A stretch of DNA of 63,574 bases, counting the filler. It is 5 parts of 5 records of this genome, joined end to end, with 100 filler letters (N's around TTAATTAATTAA, not from the genome) between each part and the next. Parts side by side here need not be neighbours in the genome. Positions count along the whole stretch, not along the records: positions 34,929 to 44,350 come from DRR723986_8548; positions 44,451 to 57,440 come from DRR723986_8549; 3 more parts are not named here. One strand, given 5' to 3'. The translations under genes and the position numbers were made by a program. The first letter of the stretch is position 1. Each line of letters starts with the position of its first letter. Shown here piece after piece: positions 37,062-46,897 of this stretch. The notes beneath the pieces were generated by a model that saw nothing but the letters and a program-made list of their open reading frames with translations, did no database searches and had not been told where the DNA came from.

Positions 37062-37334
37062 ATGACCATTGAATTAAGTTGGCAAAAAGGACAACCAAGC
37101 GAAGAAGGTCTCTATTTTGTTGCAGTGAAGCTTGGTGAAGCAGCTGGAACATATGATTTTCTGAATTGGAATGGTGAGGCTTGGGAGAATCTGGACTACG
37201 GCAATGTTGTCGCGTTTGTAAGCTTGCAGTATTTCAAGAACTCTCTGGACATAGAGTGGCCCGAAGATTCTGAGATTGCTTACAAACCTAAAGAATTGTC
37301 GAGCGATGATTCTGATCTTTGGAGTGAAGGATAA
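37062..37334 (+). CDS. Hypothetical protein (cassette cargo)
   Basis: AGGAG RBS, 90 aa, stop immediately before the attC. Confidence 0.7.
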   Translation: MTIELSWQKGQPSEEGLYFVAVKLGEAAGTYDFLNWNGEAWENLDYGNVVAFVSLQYFKNSLDIEWPEDSEIAYKPKELSSDDSDLWSEG

Positions 37335-37335
37335 G

Positions 37336-37407
37336 GGTTAACAAGGGGCTGAAGCCCACCGGTACTACGCTGCGCTCCACACCGGCGGCTTAGCCCAGGC
37401 GTTGAGG
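37336..37407 (+). mobile_element. Integron attC site
   Basis: R'' ggttAAC, L'' gct(g)aagc pairing with L' gcttagc with one extrahelical G, inner ccaccggt/accggcgg stem, R' GTTgag. Confidence 0.8.
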
Positions 37408-37623
37408 AGGCTGTAGAAGAAGGTCAAGAGATCTTCCTGACCCGAAGTTGGTAAACAAATGAACTAAAAATAGCACCTATTCTTAAATATCTGGAGCATT
37501 CATCATCGAATATACACCCAGATTTTATGTAGGAGTACCATCGAAAAAGGGGCGATTTTTTCTACACAAATTTTAGAGGCCAGGCGTTGGGAACGACTCG
37601 AAATCGAGCTTTTCTACAGCCTC
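37407..37623. mobile_element. 217-bp non-coding element with IS-like terminal inverted repeats
   Basis: gaggctgtagaagaag ... cttttctacagcctc (12-bp perfect IR, extends with one indel); no ORF inside. Confidence 0.65.
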
Positions 37624-37643
37624 GCTAAGCTTCAAGGAAAAGC

Positions 37644-38015
37644 ATGAATCAGCACGTCAAGGGAACAATATTTGGCTTAGTCATCAGCATAGGATTGGGG
37701 ATTGTTGGCTATCTTGTAGTAGTTTTCTACCTCATTTCGCAGGGCTTTGATGAAAGCAATGAAATCATTAATGTCATTAGGTCGAAGAACGCTATGTATT
37801 GGTCTATGCCATACACCTTGCTAGTCACAATATTGGGAGTATGGCTGGGTGTCAGAAAAATTGATTCGAGAATCTACTTTGTGGCTGCCATCATAGTGTT
37901 GCTAACAGCTTTATCTGTCACATCTGGCCCCATCAAAATAATGAGCATCCACATGAATTATATTCCAATTATTTTGGGTGGAATTTTAGGTGCTTATGCC
38001 GGAGCGAGAACTTAA
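37644..38015 (+). CDS. Hypothetical membrane protein (cassette cargo)
   Basis: Four hydrophobic segments; stop codon lies within an ACTTAAC R''-like box. Confidence 0.7.
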   Translation: MNQHVKGTIFGLVISIGLGIVGYLVVVFYLISQGFDESNEIINVIRSKNAMYWSMPYTLLVTILGVWLGVRKIDSRIYFVAAIIVLLTALSVTSGPIKIMSIHMNYIPIILGGILGAYAGART

Positions 38016-38039
38016 CAAAGGGGGGGAGTCCAAGGCATC

Positions 38040-38426
38040 GTGATAGTCATTTATGGAATCAGAGAACATCTCAATCCGATCAAGGCTCAGCTCTCCGAGG
38101 TCATTCACGGATGCATGCAGTCCGTACTCGGTATGCCGGAAGACAAGCGGGCTCATCGTTTTATCCCGATGGAACCCGAGGATTTTTATTATCCAGGTGG
38201 CAGAACTCCCGCCTACACGGCCATCGAGATCAATATGATGCAGGGCCGAACGCCCGAGACCCAAAAAGCTCTGATTATGGAGCTCTTCCACAAGATTGAG
38301 TCCGTGGTTGGCATCTCACCCGTGGATGTTGAGATCACAATCAAGGAACAACCTCCCCACTGCTGGGGCTTTCGTGGTATGACTGGAGATGAGGCACGTG
38401 ACCTCAAGTACTCGGTCAATGTGTAA
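38040..38426 (+). CDS. Tautomerase-family protein
   Basis: HRF...F.YP.GR...YT.IEI.M..GR..E.K, EQP.HCWGFRG. Confidence 0.85.
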   Translation: MIVIYGIREHLNPIKAQLSEVIHGCMQSVLGMPEDKRAHRFIPMEPEDFYYPGGRTPAYTAIEINMMQGRTPETQKALIMELFHKIESVVGISPVDVEITIKEQPPHCWGFRGMTGDEARDLKYSVNV

Positions 38427-38519
38427 CAACGTGGTCAAAGCTACCCATTTGCTTCTGGGACTTCACCGCCATTCGAGGACAATTCAAAGCCTTACAGCTA
38501 GGTACGGAACGGAATTCCA

Positions 38520-39062
38520 ATGAACCTGAAAAACCACTTTGAACTGCTCGCCACTTACAATCAGTGGATGAACTCAAAGGTCTATGAGGCGGCCGCACAG
38601 CTTTCGGCCGATGAACTGGCGAAAGATCGCGGCGCCTTCTTTGGTTCTATTCTGGGAACACTGAACCATATCCTCGTCGGAGATACGATCTGGCTCAAAC
38701 GTTTTGCTAACCATCCTTCGTGCAAGGACTCGCTCCGGGAAATCACTACCCCTGATAATCCGACAAGTCTTAACCAAATTCTCTTTGGTGATATTGCGCG
38801 CTTAACGGAACACCGAACCTGGTTGGATTGGCAGATTATCCATTGGATTTCCGAGTTAACCGAAGACGATCTCGCTGTCACTCTCAGTTATCACAACACC
38901 AAAGGGATTCCGGCCAGTAAACGGTTTTCAAGCCTGGTGCTTCATTTCTTCAACCATCAAACCCATCATCGGGGGCAAGTGTCAACTTTGCTCTCCCAGG
39001 CAGGGGTGGATATTGGGGCGACTGATCTGTTGGTTCAGATTCCCGAAGAGTCTCAGGCATGA
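38520..39062 (+). CDS. DinB-family protein
   Basis: YNQWMN, FFGSI.GTLNH, HFFNHQTHHRGQ. Confidence 0.9.
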   Translation: MNLKNHFELLATYNQWMNSKVYEAAAQLSADELAKDRGAFFGSILGTLNHILVGDTIWLKRFANHPSCKDSLREITTPDNPTSLNQILFGDIARLTEHRTWLDWQIIHWISELTEDDLAVTLSYHNTKGIPASKRFSSLVLHFFNHQTHHRGQVSTLLSQAGVDIGATDLLVQIPEESQA

Positions 39063-40027
39063 CCCATCGCTTCAATTCTGCAGCCTCCCCTGCGGCACCT
39101 CAGTCCCGCGATGGACACCAATCAGGACAACTTGTGCCTGGGTCAGCCCCTCTGGTCAGCATCATTACCCCCACCTTCAACCGTGAGCAAACCATCACGC
39201 AAGCGGTCGAGTCTGTCTTGGCCCAATCCTATCCCAACTGGGAGCTGATCATGGTTGATGATGGCTCCCGGGACAGCACCCGTGAGAAGCTGGCCAGTTA
39301 CCTGAATGATGACCGAATCCACTACCATTTTCAGGAAAACCAGGGCCAAAGCATTGCTCGCAACCTGGCACTTCAATATGCCCGGGGCGAATTACTGTGT
39401 TTTCTGGATTCCGATGACCTGTGGGTGCCTGAAAAGCTGGAGAAGCAAGTGGCGCTTATGGAGGCTCACCCGGAGGTAGATGTCCTTCACAGTGATGAAA
39501 TCATGATCGACGAGTGGGGCCGGGAGTTGTCCCGCAAGAATATGCGCCGGTACTCGGGCCGGATTGCCCGCCAGATGCTGGCGGACAACAGCGTGAGCAT
39601 CAACACGGTAATGGCTCGGCGGAAATGTTTCGATGCCATGGGCGGGTTTTCCGGCCGCTACGGCGTTGCCGATGACTACGACATCTGGCTGCGTTTTTCA
39701 GCCCGTTTCACCTTCCTGTATGTGCCCGAGTACTGGGGTTATTACCGGGTGATGGCAGACCAGATTTCCAGCGACAAGAAACGCCGATTTGCCGCCAACG
39801 AAGCGATCATTCGTGATTTTATCGAGGAATACGGAAGTACACTCAAACCTGATGACATCCGCTGGGGCCTGGCCCGCTTCTACTGCCGGAAAGCCCGCCA
39901 TTTTGCGACGGTTGGCAAATCTGCGACGGCCTGGGGCGCGGTTGCTCAGGCGTTGCGGTATGCTCCGCTGGATTCAGTGGTATGGCGCGCCGTTTATCGG
40001 GTGATCTTTCCGAGCAAAGGTGGCTAA
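39059..40027 (+). CDS. Glycosyltransferase family 2
   Basis: VSIITPTFNR, VDDGSRD, FLDSDD, DDYD.WLR. Confidence 0.9.
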   Translation: MTHRFNSAASPAAPQSRDGHQSGQLVPGSAPLVSIITPTFNREQTITQAVESVLAQSYPNWELIMVDDGSRDSTREKLASYLNDDRIHYHFQENQGQSIARNLALQYARGELLCFLDSDDLWVPEKLEKQVALMEAHPEVDVLHSDEIMIDEWGRELSRKNMRRYSGRIARQMLADNSVSINTVMARRKCFDAMGGFSGRYGVADDYDIWLRFSARFTFLYVPEYWGYYRVMADQISSDKKRRFAANEAIIRDFIEEYGSTLKPDDIRWGLARFYCRKARHFATVGKSATAWGAVAQALRYAPLDSVVWRAVYRVIFPSKGG

Positions 40028-40031
40028 AGCA

Positions 40032-40640
40032 ATGAACCAAACACGATGGCAAACCCTGATCAGCGCTCTGGGGCTCCCGCCTTCAGCAGCGTGTTATCAC
40101 GCCCTCCATGCCGCCTACTCAGAGAAACACCGGTTCTACCATACCGTCGATCACATTGATGCCATGCTTACCCACTTTGACGCCGTAAAGGAAATCGCTG
40201 AAAAGCCGGAAGAGCTGGAGCTGGCCATCTGGTTCCACGATGCCATCTACAAGCCCCTGTCTAAGACTAACGAGCTGGACAGCGCAAACTGGGCACAGAA
40301 GTTCCTGGCTGCTCGCAGTTACGGTAAGGCAGGCATCGAGCGTGTGCACAACCTCATCATGGGCACCCTGCACAATGACAACATCAAGACTCCGGACGAG
40401 AAGCTGATAGTGGATATCGACCTTGCCATTCTAGGCGCCCCGCCCGAGGTGTACGATCAGTTTGAACGCAACGTACGCAAGGAATACAGGCTGGTGCCCG
40501 GGTTTATCTACCGCAAGAAGCGAAAGGAGCTGCTTCGGTCCTTTCTGAGTAGAGGCAGCATTTATAACCTTGAGCTGTTTAACGAAAAATACGAAGATCA
40601 AGCCAAACAGAACCTCCACAGGGCCATTAGCACGTTATAG
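40032..40640 (+). CDS. HD-superfamily metal-dependent hydrolase (COG4339-like)
   Basis: YSE.HR.YH...H, WFHDAIY, DIDLAILG, VRKEY. Confidence 0.85.
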   Translation: MNQTRWQTLISALGLPPSAACYHALHAAYSEKHRFYHTVDHIDAMLTHFDAVKEIAEKPEELELAIWFHDAIYKPLSKTNELDSANWAQKFLAARSYGKAGIERVHNLIMGTLHNDNIKTPDEKLIVDIDLAILGAPPEVYDQFERNVRKEYRLVPGFIYRKKRKELLRSFLSRGSIYNLELFNEKYEDQAKQNLHRAISTL

Positions 40641-40677
40641 ACTGCCCTGCGTAATCAGCGGATAAAAAGGACTTTCC

Positions 40678-40980
40678 ATGACTCTCGGATGGGTAATTGC
40701 CGGCACAATCGGCCAGGTGCTTCTGGCCTACATGCTGTTTATTCTGGGTGTATTCGGTTTCAGCGCCGTGGGTAACACCCACCGCCCCACTCCGTTCGAT
40801 TTCTCGGTACTCAACTCGGCCCTGTATGCAGCGCCTGCAAGCTGTCTGATCAGTGCGGTGGTTGTTATTGGTCTCTACCGCTCTGGCGCGAGTGAAATGT
40901 CCTATCTCTGGTACGCAGCGCCGATTCTGTTGTTTGCAAGCTACTGCCTGTACGTCAAGCTGTGTATCAAACGCCAGTGA
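40678..40980 (+). CDS. Hypothetical membrane protein
   Basis: RBS, three hydrophobic segments. Confidence 0.6.
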   Translation: MTLGWVIAGTIGQVLLAYMLFILGVFGFSAVGNTHRPTPFDFSVLNSALYAAPASCLISAVVVIGLYRSGASEMSYLWYAAPILLFASYCLYVKLCIKRQ

Positions 40981-41063
40981 GTGGCGTTGTGTCGAAAATC
41001 TTCAATACCCGCTCGCCCGTAGTGATTATTGTGAAACTCCAACACTATTGGAGAACATGAACG

Positions 41064-41525
41064 ATGACTGCACGCGCGAACTATATCGGCCTGGCACCCA
41101 AAGCCATGCAGATCCTATTGAATCAGGAAGCCTATCTGAAAGAGCAGTTCAGCGACTCCAGCATCCTGAGCACGGCGTTGTGGGAGCTGCTGAAGCTACG
41201 GGTTTCACAGATTAACCAGTGCGCCTTTTGCGTGGACATGCACAGTAAAGATGCCCTGGCCCAGGGCGAGACAGTGGAGCGTTTGATTGGCTTGAGCGCT
41301 TGGCGGGATATGCCGATGTACTCAGCCACAGAGCGCGCGGCTCTTGAGTGGGCAGAGCATCTTACCCAAAGCAAGCCGGTGGACGACCAATACTATGACA
41401 AACTGGCAACGGCCCTTGGCGAAAAAGAGCTGGTTGATGTAACCATCGCGGTGAACGCTATCAACAGCTGGAACCGGATCGTCAAAACCTTCAAGCCAGA
41501 GGTAGGCAGTCATAAACCCAAGTAG
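41064..41525 (+). CDS. Carboxymuconolactone decarboxylase/AhpD-family protein
   Basis: LRVSQINQCAFCVDMH, INSWNR. Confidence 0.9.
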   Translation: MTARANYIGLAPKAMQILLNQEAYLKEQFSDSSILSTALWELLKLRVSQINQCAFCVDMHSKDALAQGETVERLIGLSAWRDMPMYSATERAALEWAEHLTQSKPVDDQYYDKLATALGEKELVDVTIAVNAINSWNRIVKTFKPEVGSHKPK

Positions 41526-41553
41526 CCTTCGCAAACCTACGTTCGACTTTCAG

Positions 41554-42288
41554 TTGTCCTGCCCATCGGGACCACTGTCGGCCTTCGTTCAGGGGCTTTG
41601 GTCTGCGGCTGTCTCAGAATCGGTAGCGGAACCTGTGGTAAAGCTGCTGCATTCTGAGGCGTGCAGCAGCATCTGGTTCAGTCTTGCGGGGGACGTACGA
41701 ATCGGGGATATAGCCATTCCTGAAGGGGTGGTGGTTTTGCCGGTAGAGAAGGTGGCCGCCCAGGTATCACTGGCGCCGGGATCAGAGCTCGCGGGGATTC
41801 GCTTTCAGCCTGCCATCGGCTATGGCCTGATCCGCCAGCACTTTGGCCGGCCCACGGTACTGACCCGTGACCCGAGGCAATTGCCCGGTCTCATTCCGCT
41901 CTTTTCCCGACTCAAAACCTGTTGCAACAATGTAAGCCGCGTGAACACGATGCAAAGCTGGGCTGATGACAACTTCCGGCTCACCCGGCTCATTCCCGGC
42001 GCTCTGCAGCAGGCTCTGGAGTGTATGAGAGACAATGCGGAACCGGGCTCGCTTACGCAACACCTGGAAATCAGTCAGCGGCATGTGGAACGCCTTTTCA
42101 AACACTGGATGGAATTGACGCCGAAGCAGTACCAGCGCATTCTTCGGGTGAAACGGGCCGTCAATTACATTCGTGAGCATGGCCAGGTTAACCTGGCTGA
42201 AATTGCTCATCAGTTCGGCTTCAGTGACCAGGCTCATATGACCCGGGAGTTCCGTACGATTGCTCGCATCACGCCGGGCAAGGTGTAA
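41554..42288 (+). CDS. AraC-family regulator (start uncertain)
   Basis: GIRFQP, SQRHVERLF...LTPK, GFSDQAHMTREF. Confidence 0.85.
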   Translation: MSCPSGPLSAFVQGLWSAAVSESVAEPVVKLLHSEACSSIWFSLAGDVRIGDIAIPEGVVVLPVEKVAAQVSLAPGSELAGIRFQPAIGYGLIRQHFGRPTVLTRDPRQLPGLIPLFSRLKTCCNNVSRVNTMQSWADDNFRLTRLIPGALQQALECMRDNAEPGSLTQHLEISQRHVERLFKHWMELTPKQYQRILRVKRAVNYIREHGQVNLAEIAHQFGFSDQAHMTREFRTIARITPGKV

Positions 42289-42403
42289 TCACTGGAAATG
42301 AGGCATGAGGACTGGAATCCCTCTACTCATTTTTCGTAGCCTGTTACCAGGTTCATATGCAGCCCCCGACCAGTGCAGATCAGCAAACTTGGAGTTGTCT
42401 CTT

Positions 42404-43210
42404 ATGAAGGGAATCAGAAGCGCCTGCGCGCTTATTATCCTCACGTGTCTCTCGGCACTGACTCAAGCCGCCACCGCCGTCGAAATGGCCAGGCAGGCGT
42501 ATTTCCTGATCGAGCGCGACCCTCTCGACCTAGATCAACGAGATGAAGCCAGTTACCTGATTCAGCGCGCCAATGTGTTGGACGGCGACGAGCCATGGGT
42601 GGCGGTTGCCCAATCCCGCCTGACTCTGGTGAGCGGCTACAAGGTTGGGCAACGACACGATCGCCGGGCCTACGAAGAAAGCGCCGTCAGCACCGCAAGG
42701 CAACAGGCAGAACGCGCAGTTCGTAATGGGCCGAACCTGGCCATGGCACACGTTCAGTTGGCCATGGTGCTCATTATTCAAGGCGAACTGCGTACGGCCT
42801 GGGATCATTTGAATACCGCAGACTCACTGGATGAACAGAGCTTCTACCCCTGGTACCTGCGGACGGTTATCGCGATACACCACAAAGACGAAAAATTCGC
42901 CGCAGAGGGTTTCAAAGAAATCGAGAGCAGAGCATCCCAGAAGTATCAGAAACGCCTGTTGCTTCATGAGCGCATGCGGTTGGCCAAGGCCACTAAAAAC
43001 CTCGAGGAGCGGGATCGGCTGCATCGAAAAATGATCGAGCTGGACCCTGACTATGCCTACGCCTGGGGCAATTACGGTTCATTTTTACTGGGCCAGAAAC
43101 GTTACCGGGAAGCCGTGCATAACCTGGAGCGAGCCGTAGAGTTGAAACCCTACGGGCTCGCGGTGAGCCAGTTAGCGGAGGCACGCAGGAAGCTGAATCA
43201 AGCGTTCTGA
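42404..43210 (+). CDS. Secreted TPR-repeat protein
   Basis: GGAG RBS then ATG at 42404, signal peptide, TPR motifs such as LDPDYAYAWGNYG..L....Y.EA...L.RA. Confidence 0.75.
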   Translation: MKGIRSACALIILTCLSALTQAATAVEMARQAYFLIERDPLDLDQRDEASYLIQRANVLDGDEPWVAVAQSRLTLVSGYKVGQRHDRRAYEESAVSTARQQAERAVRNGPNLAMAHVQLAMVLIIQGELRTAWDHLNTADSLDEQSFYPWYLRTVIAIHHKDEKFAAEGFKEIESRASQKYQKRLLLHERMRLAKATKNLEERDRLHRKMIELDPDYAYAWGNYGSFLLGQKRYREAVHNLERAVELKPYGLAVSQLAEARRKLNQAF

Positions 43211-43216
43211 TTTGCC

Positions 43217-43843
43217 TCAAACAGTCCAAACAACATCCTCATAATCAAATCGCACCTTCGGTAACTGCGCCGTGGTGTCCCAGACACTGCGATACCCCAG
43301 CGCCACGATGGCGGTGCTCTCCAGGCCAAGTTCCGGCAGTCCCAGCACTTCGTCGTAGGCTTTATGATCGAAGCCGGTCATGGGGCAGCTGTCGATCTGC
43401 ATGGTGGCGGCGGCGGTCAGAAGGGTGCCCAGGGCAATGTAGGCTTGCTGATGAGCCCAGGCTTGTTTCTCGGCCGCTGTTTTGCCCGAAAGCGCTTGTT
43501 TCATATGTTCCACATACCCCGCAATGTCGCTGGCCGGGACGCCGCGGGTCTTCACGAACTGGTTTACGTAGCGATCAACGGTGTGGTCGCCAATCTCCTT
43601 CTGGGCCGCGAAAACGATCAGGTGGGAGCACTCCAGCACCTTTTGCTGGCCGAATGAGTGCGCCAGCAATGCCTGCCTCACCGGCCTGCTCTCCACTATC
43701 AAGAGCTTGTACGGCTGCAGACCGTATGACGAGGCGCTTTTCCGTGCCGCATCCAATAGCGTTTCGACAGTACGGGTATCAAGCTTTTCCGGTGAGAATT
43801 CGCGAACGGCGTAGCGCCAGTCCAGAGCTTGGTGGATATTCAT
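43217..43843 (-). CDS. Nitroreductase (NfsB-like) NAD(P)H oxidoreductase
   Basis: WRYAVREF, SASSYGLQP, IDSCPMTGFD, LGYRS, KVR. Confidence 0.9.
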   Translation of the reverse strand: MNIHQALDWRYAVREFSPEKLDTRTVETLLDAARKSASSYGLQPYKLLIVESRPVRQALLAHSFGQQKVLECSHLIVFAAQKEIGDHTVDRYVNQFVKTRGVPASDIAGYVEHMKQALSGKTAAEKQAWAHQQAYIALGTLLTAAATMQIDSCPMTGFDHKAYDEVLGLPELGLESTAIVALGYRSVWDTTAQLPKVRFDYEDVVWTV

Positions 43844-43983
43844 GGTGATGACTCCCTTAGCAGTGACGTGTTGCTGGCTACTCTAGGGCACGGTTATCTA
43901 TCGAAAAACAGAGAATCCTGAAGAACACTTTTTCCAATATGGAAACAGTCTTCCAACAACGGTCACCGGTTAATCGTGACCGC

Positions 43984-44350
43984 TCATTCCCAATACGGCT
44001 TGTCGCCGAGGTGTTGATCAATATGCTCCAGCAACAACCGCACTTTGGTGGGCTGTTTTCGCCCCGGGGGAAACAAGGCGAACACGGTATAGGGCTGGGG
44101 TGGGTATTCGGGAAGTAAGGCCACCAGCGCCCCATTATCCAGGTCCTGTTGCACCAGGAAGCGCGGCACCAACCCCACCCCCGCGCCGTTCAGCAGGCTT
44201 TGCCGTATGGCCAGACTGCTGTCGGTACGGTAGTTGCCGCTCACGACGACTTCTTCATCGCCCAATGCCCATATCCGGGGCCGGTCATGAAGATTGAACA
44301 TCAGGCAATTCTGTTCGGCCAGGTCGGCGGGTGCATGAATGGCGGGCGAA
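43984..44350 (-). CDS. LysR-family regulator, C-terminal part
   Basis: P.DL..NCL, G.GVGLVP.FLV..DL..G.LV.LLP, KVR; 5' truncated by the contig end. Confidence 0.85.
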
Positions 44351-44450
44351 NNNNNNNNNNNNNNNNNNNNNNNNNNNNNNNNNNNNNNNNNNNNTTAATT
44401 AATTAANNNNNNNNNNNNNNNNNNNNNNNNNNNNNNNNNNNNNNNNNNNN
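44351..44450. other. Artificial contig linker
   Basis: N44-TTAATTAATTAA-N44. Confidence 0.99.
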
Positions 44451-44451
44451 C

Positions 44452-45072
44452 GAGCCGATGATTGCCGAGATGCGCCTGCAGTTCTGGCGCGATGTGGCCG
44501 ATGAGATCGGGCAAGGCAAACCACCCCGCGCGCATGAGGTGGCGGAACCGCTGGCCAGCGTTGTCCGCGCCGAAGACGCGGTCCATCTGGATGCGCTTGT
44601 TGCCGCACGCAGGTGGGACGTGTACCGCGATGCCTTCGAGGACCAGGCCCATTTCGACCGCTATATCGACGCAACCTCGGGCAATCTCGCGTGGGTTGGC
44701 GCGCGCGTCCTTGGCGCAGAGGATGCGGCCGAACAGGCGGTCCGCGATATTGCCTGGGGTGCTGGCGTGGCGTCCTTTCTGCGCGCGGTGCCGGACCTGG
44801 AAGCGCGCGGCAGGGTGCCGCTGCTCGATGGGCGTCCCCAAGGTGTGAAAGCCCTTGCGGAACAAGCGCTTGCCCGCTTTCTCCGAGGCAAGGCGGCGCA
44901 ATCAGGAATAGCAGCCTCCGCGCGTCCTGCCCTCTATGCCGCCTGGCTGACCGCGCCGGTGTTGCGCGCGGCCATCGCGAATCCAGAGAACGTCGCCGTG
45001 GGAACCCTGGGCGTCAGCGAGTTCAGCAAGCGGGCGCGGTTGCTCAAGGCATCCGTGACAGGGCGCTTATAA
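44452..45072 (+). CDS. Squalene/phytoene synthase-family protein (partial)
   Basis: EPMIAEMRLQFWRD, ARRWD motifs; 5' truncated. Confidence 0.8.
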   Translation, partial: EPMIAEMRLQFWRDVADEIGQGKPPRAHEVAEPLASVVRAEDAVHLDALVAARRWDVYRDAFEDQAHFDRYIDATSGNLAWVGARVLGAEDAAEQAVRDIAWGAGVASFLRAVPDLEARGRVPLLDGRPQGVKALAEQALARFLRGKAAQSGIAASARPALYAAWLTAPVLRAAIANPENVAVGTLGVSEFSKRARLLKASVTGRL

Positions 45073-45349
45073 CCACGATTGAGGTGTCCCTAGCTTCCTG
45101 GGCACCTTCAATTTCCGCTTTAAGCAGCCTTACTTCGAAGTCAACGGGCGACAGTATGCCGTTCTTCGTGTGCTTCAAAAATACTGCCCAAGCAAGGGGC
45201 TGCAGATCAGGGGGCACCTCAGTCGACCTTCTCGAACGTGCTTCTCCAGCCGGGCAGGTCTGCCCCACGCCAGTCAGATCCGAAGGGCTCGACTGAGGCG
45301 CTTTGTGCGCATAGACTGAAACCTCAGTCTCGCAAATGCTGGTGCCACC

Positions 45350-46897
45350 ATGGCCAGGATCGCCGTTTTAGGCTTTCTCCTTGAAAGCAACCGGTTCGCG
45401 CCGAGGACGTATCGCGCCGACTTTGACCGTCGAACTTGGCTTGTGGGTCAAGAAATCCTGACGGATGCCGCTAGCGATGCGCCGCGGCAGGGGGCTGAGA
45501 TTCCGGCGTTTCTGGATGAGATTTGCAGACTTTTACATGTAGAGGTGCTGCCCGTACTTGTGGCTGGCGCGGAGCCAGGAGGCCCGTTGGACGAAGACGT
45601 GCTGCGTACTGTCCTGAGCATTATTAGCACCCGATTGGCAGATATGGGGCCGATTGACGGGGTCTATGTTGCCAGCCATGGCGCGATGGTCGGCGTAGAG
45701 ACCGTCGACCCCGACGGCGCCTTGCTAGAGGTTGTGCGCGAGGCCGTTGGGCCGCATGTGCCTGTTGTCGCGACGCTTGACCTGCATGCCAACCTTTCCG
45801 ACAGGATGGCCAGCGCGGCCAATTGCCTGATTGGCTACCGAACCAATCCGCATGTGGATCAGGCAGAGGTCGCAAGAGAGGCCGCGATCGTCCTCTCCCG
45901 AATGATCAAGGGAACCAGATTCCACATGTGCCATCTGCGCCTACCGCTGACTCCAGCCAGCGTGACCTTGCTGACCAACGGTGCGGGGGCTTATGCCGAT
46001 CAGGTCGGGGAGGCGGCCCGGCTCACGGACGCCCATGGCATTGTCGCGAATGCCACTGTGCTCGGCGGGTTCGTCTATAGCGATACGCCCGACAACGGTG
46101 TGGCGGTTCTTGTCACGGCGACGGACCGAACCGTGGCCGAGCGCGAGACCGCACGGCTGGCCGGGCAGCTTTGGGCCGAAAGACACCGGTTCACGCGAGA
46201 CCTGACATCAATCGCCGATGCCATTCAAGCTGTCACCGCGCAGGATGGCGCGCGATGGATCCTGTCGGATGCTGGCGACAATCCCGGCGGTGGCGGCCTC
46301 GGGACATCCAGTGATCTTTTGCAGGCCCTCATCGAAGCGAAGGCAGGCGATGTCCTTTATGGGCTCTATATCGACGCCGACCTCGCGGCCGAAGCTGCCG
46401 CTACCGGGATTGGCGCAAAGTTTACTGCGCGGTTCCTGCGCGGTGGTTCCGACGGATTCGGCGTGCCGTTTGCCGCCGAAGCGGAGGTTGTTGCCCTGAG
46501 TGACGGATGCGTTGTCGGGCGACGCGGGCTTGTCGCAGGCCGGCGCGTGGATCTGGGGCCTACAGCCGCCTTGAGAATCGATGGCATGACTGTGGTGATT
46601 GCCAGCAACCGCAAGCAATGCGCCGACCCGATCTATTTTGAGCATCTCGGTCTCGATCCAAGGGATTTTCGTGCCGTGCTTGTCAAAAGCCGCGGCCATT
46701 TCCGCGCGGGGTTCGACGAGTTCTTCACGCCGGAACAGGTGCTTGAGGTGGACACGAAGGGCCTTACCAGCCCGATACTCAGCAACTTTCATTTCAGGGG
46801 CTTGCCACGCCCGGTCTATCCGCTTGATGCTGACACCGTCTGGTCACCACCTGACTGGGCCATCCCGCATCTCGAAGCCCTGGATCTGTTGCCATGA
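45350..46897 (+). CDS. M81 (MlrC-like) metallopeptidase
   Basis: ESNRF, HGAM, TLDLHAN, YRTNPHVD, DNPGGG, VKSRGHFRA. Confidence 0.9.
   Translation: MARIAVLGFLLESNRFAPRTYRADFDRRTWLVGQEILTDAASDAPRQGAEIPAFLDEICRLLHVEVLPVLVAGAEPGGPLDEDVLRTVLSIISTRLADMGPIDGVYVASHGAMVGVETVDPDGALLEVVREAVGPHVPVVATLDLHANLSDRMASAANCLIGYRTNPHVDQAEVAREAAIVLSRMIKGTRFHMCHLRLPLTPASVTLLTNGAGAYADQVGEAARLTDAHGIVANATVLGGFVYSDTPDNGVAVLVTATDRTVAERETARLAGQLWAERHRFTRDLTSIADAIQAVTAQDGARWILSDAGDNPGGGGLGTSSDLLQALIEAKAGDVLYGLYIDADLAAEAAATGIGAKFTARFLRGGSDGFGVPFAAEAEVVALSDGCVVGRRGLVAGRRVDLGPTAALRIDGMTVVIASNRKQCADPIYFEHLGLDPRDFRAVLVKSRGHFRAGFDEFFTPEQVLEVDTKGLTSPILSNFHFRGLPRPVYPLDADTVWSPPDWAIPHLEALDLLP

Noticed and set aside
45044-45268. 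74-aa minus-strand ORF between the synthase-like gene and mlrC
   Set aside because: Overlaps the upstream gene end; no motif or RBS support.
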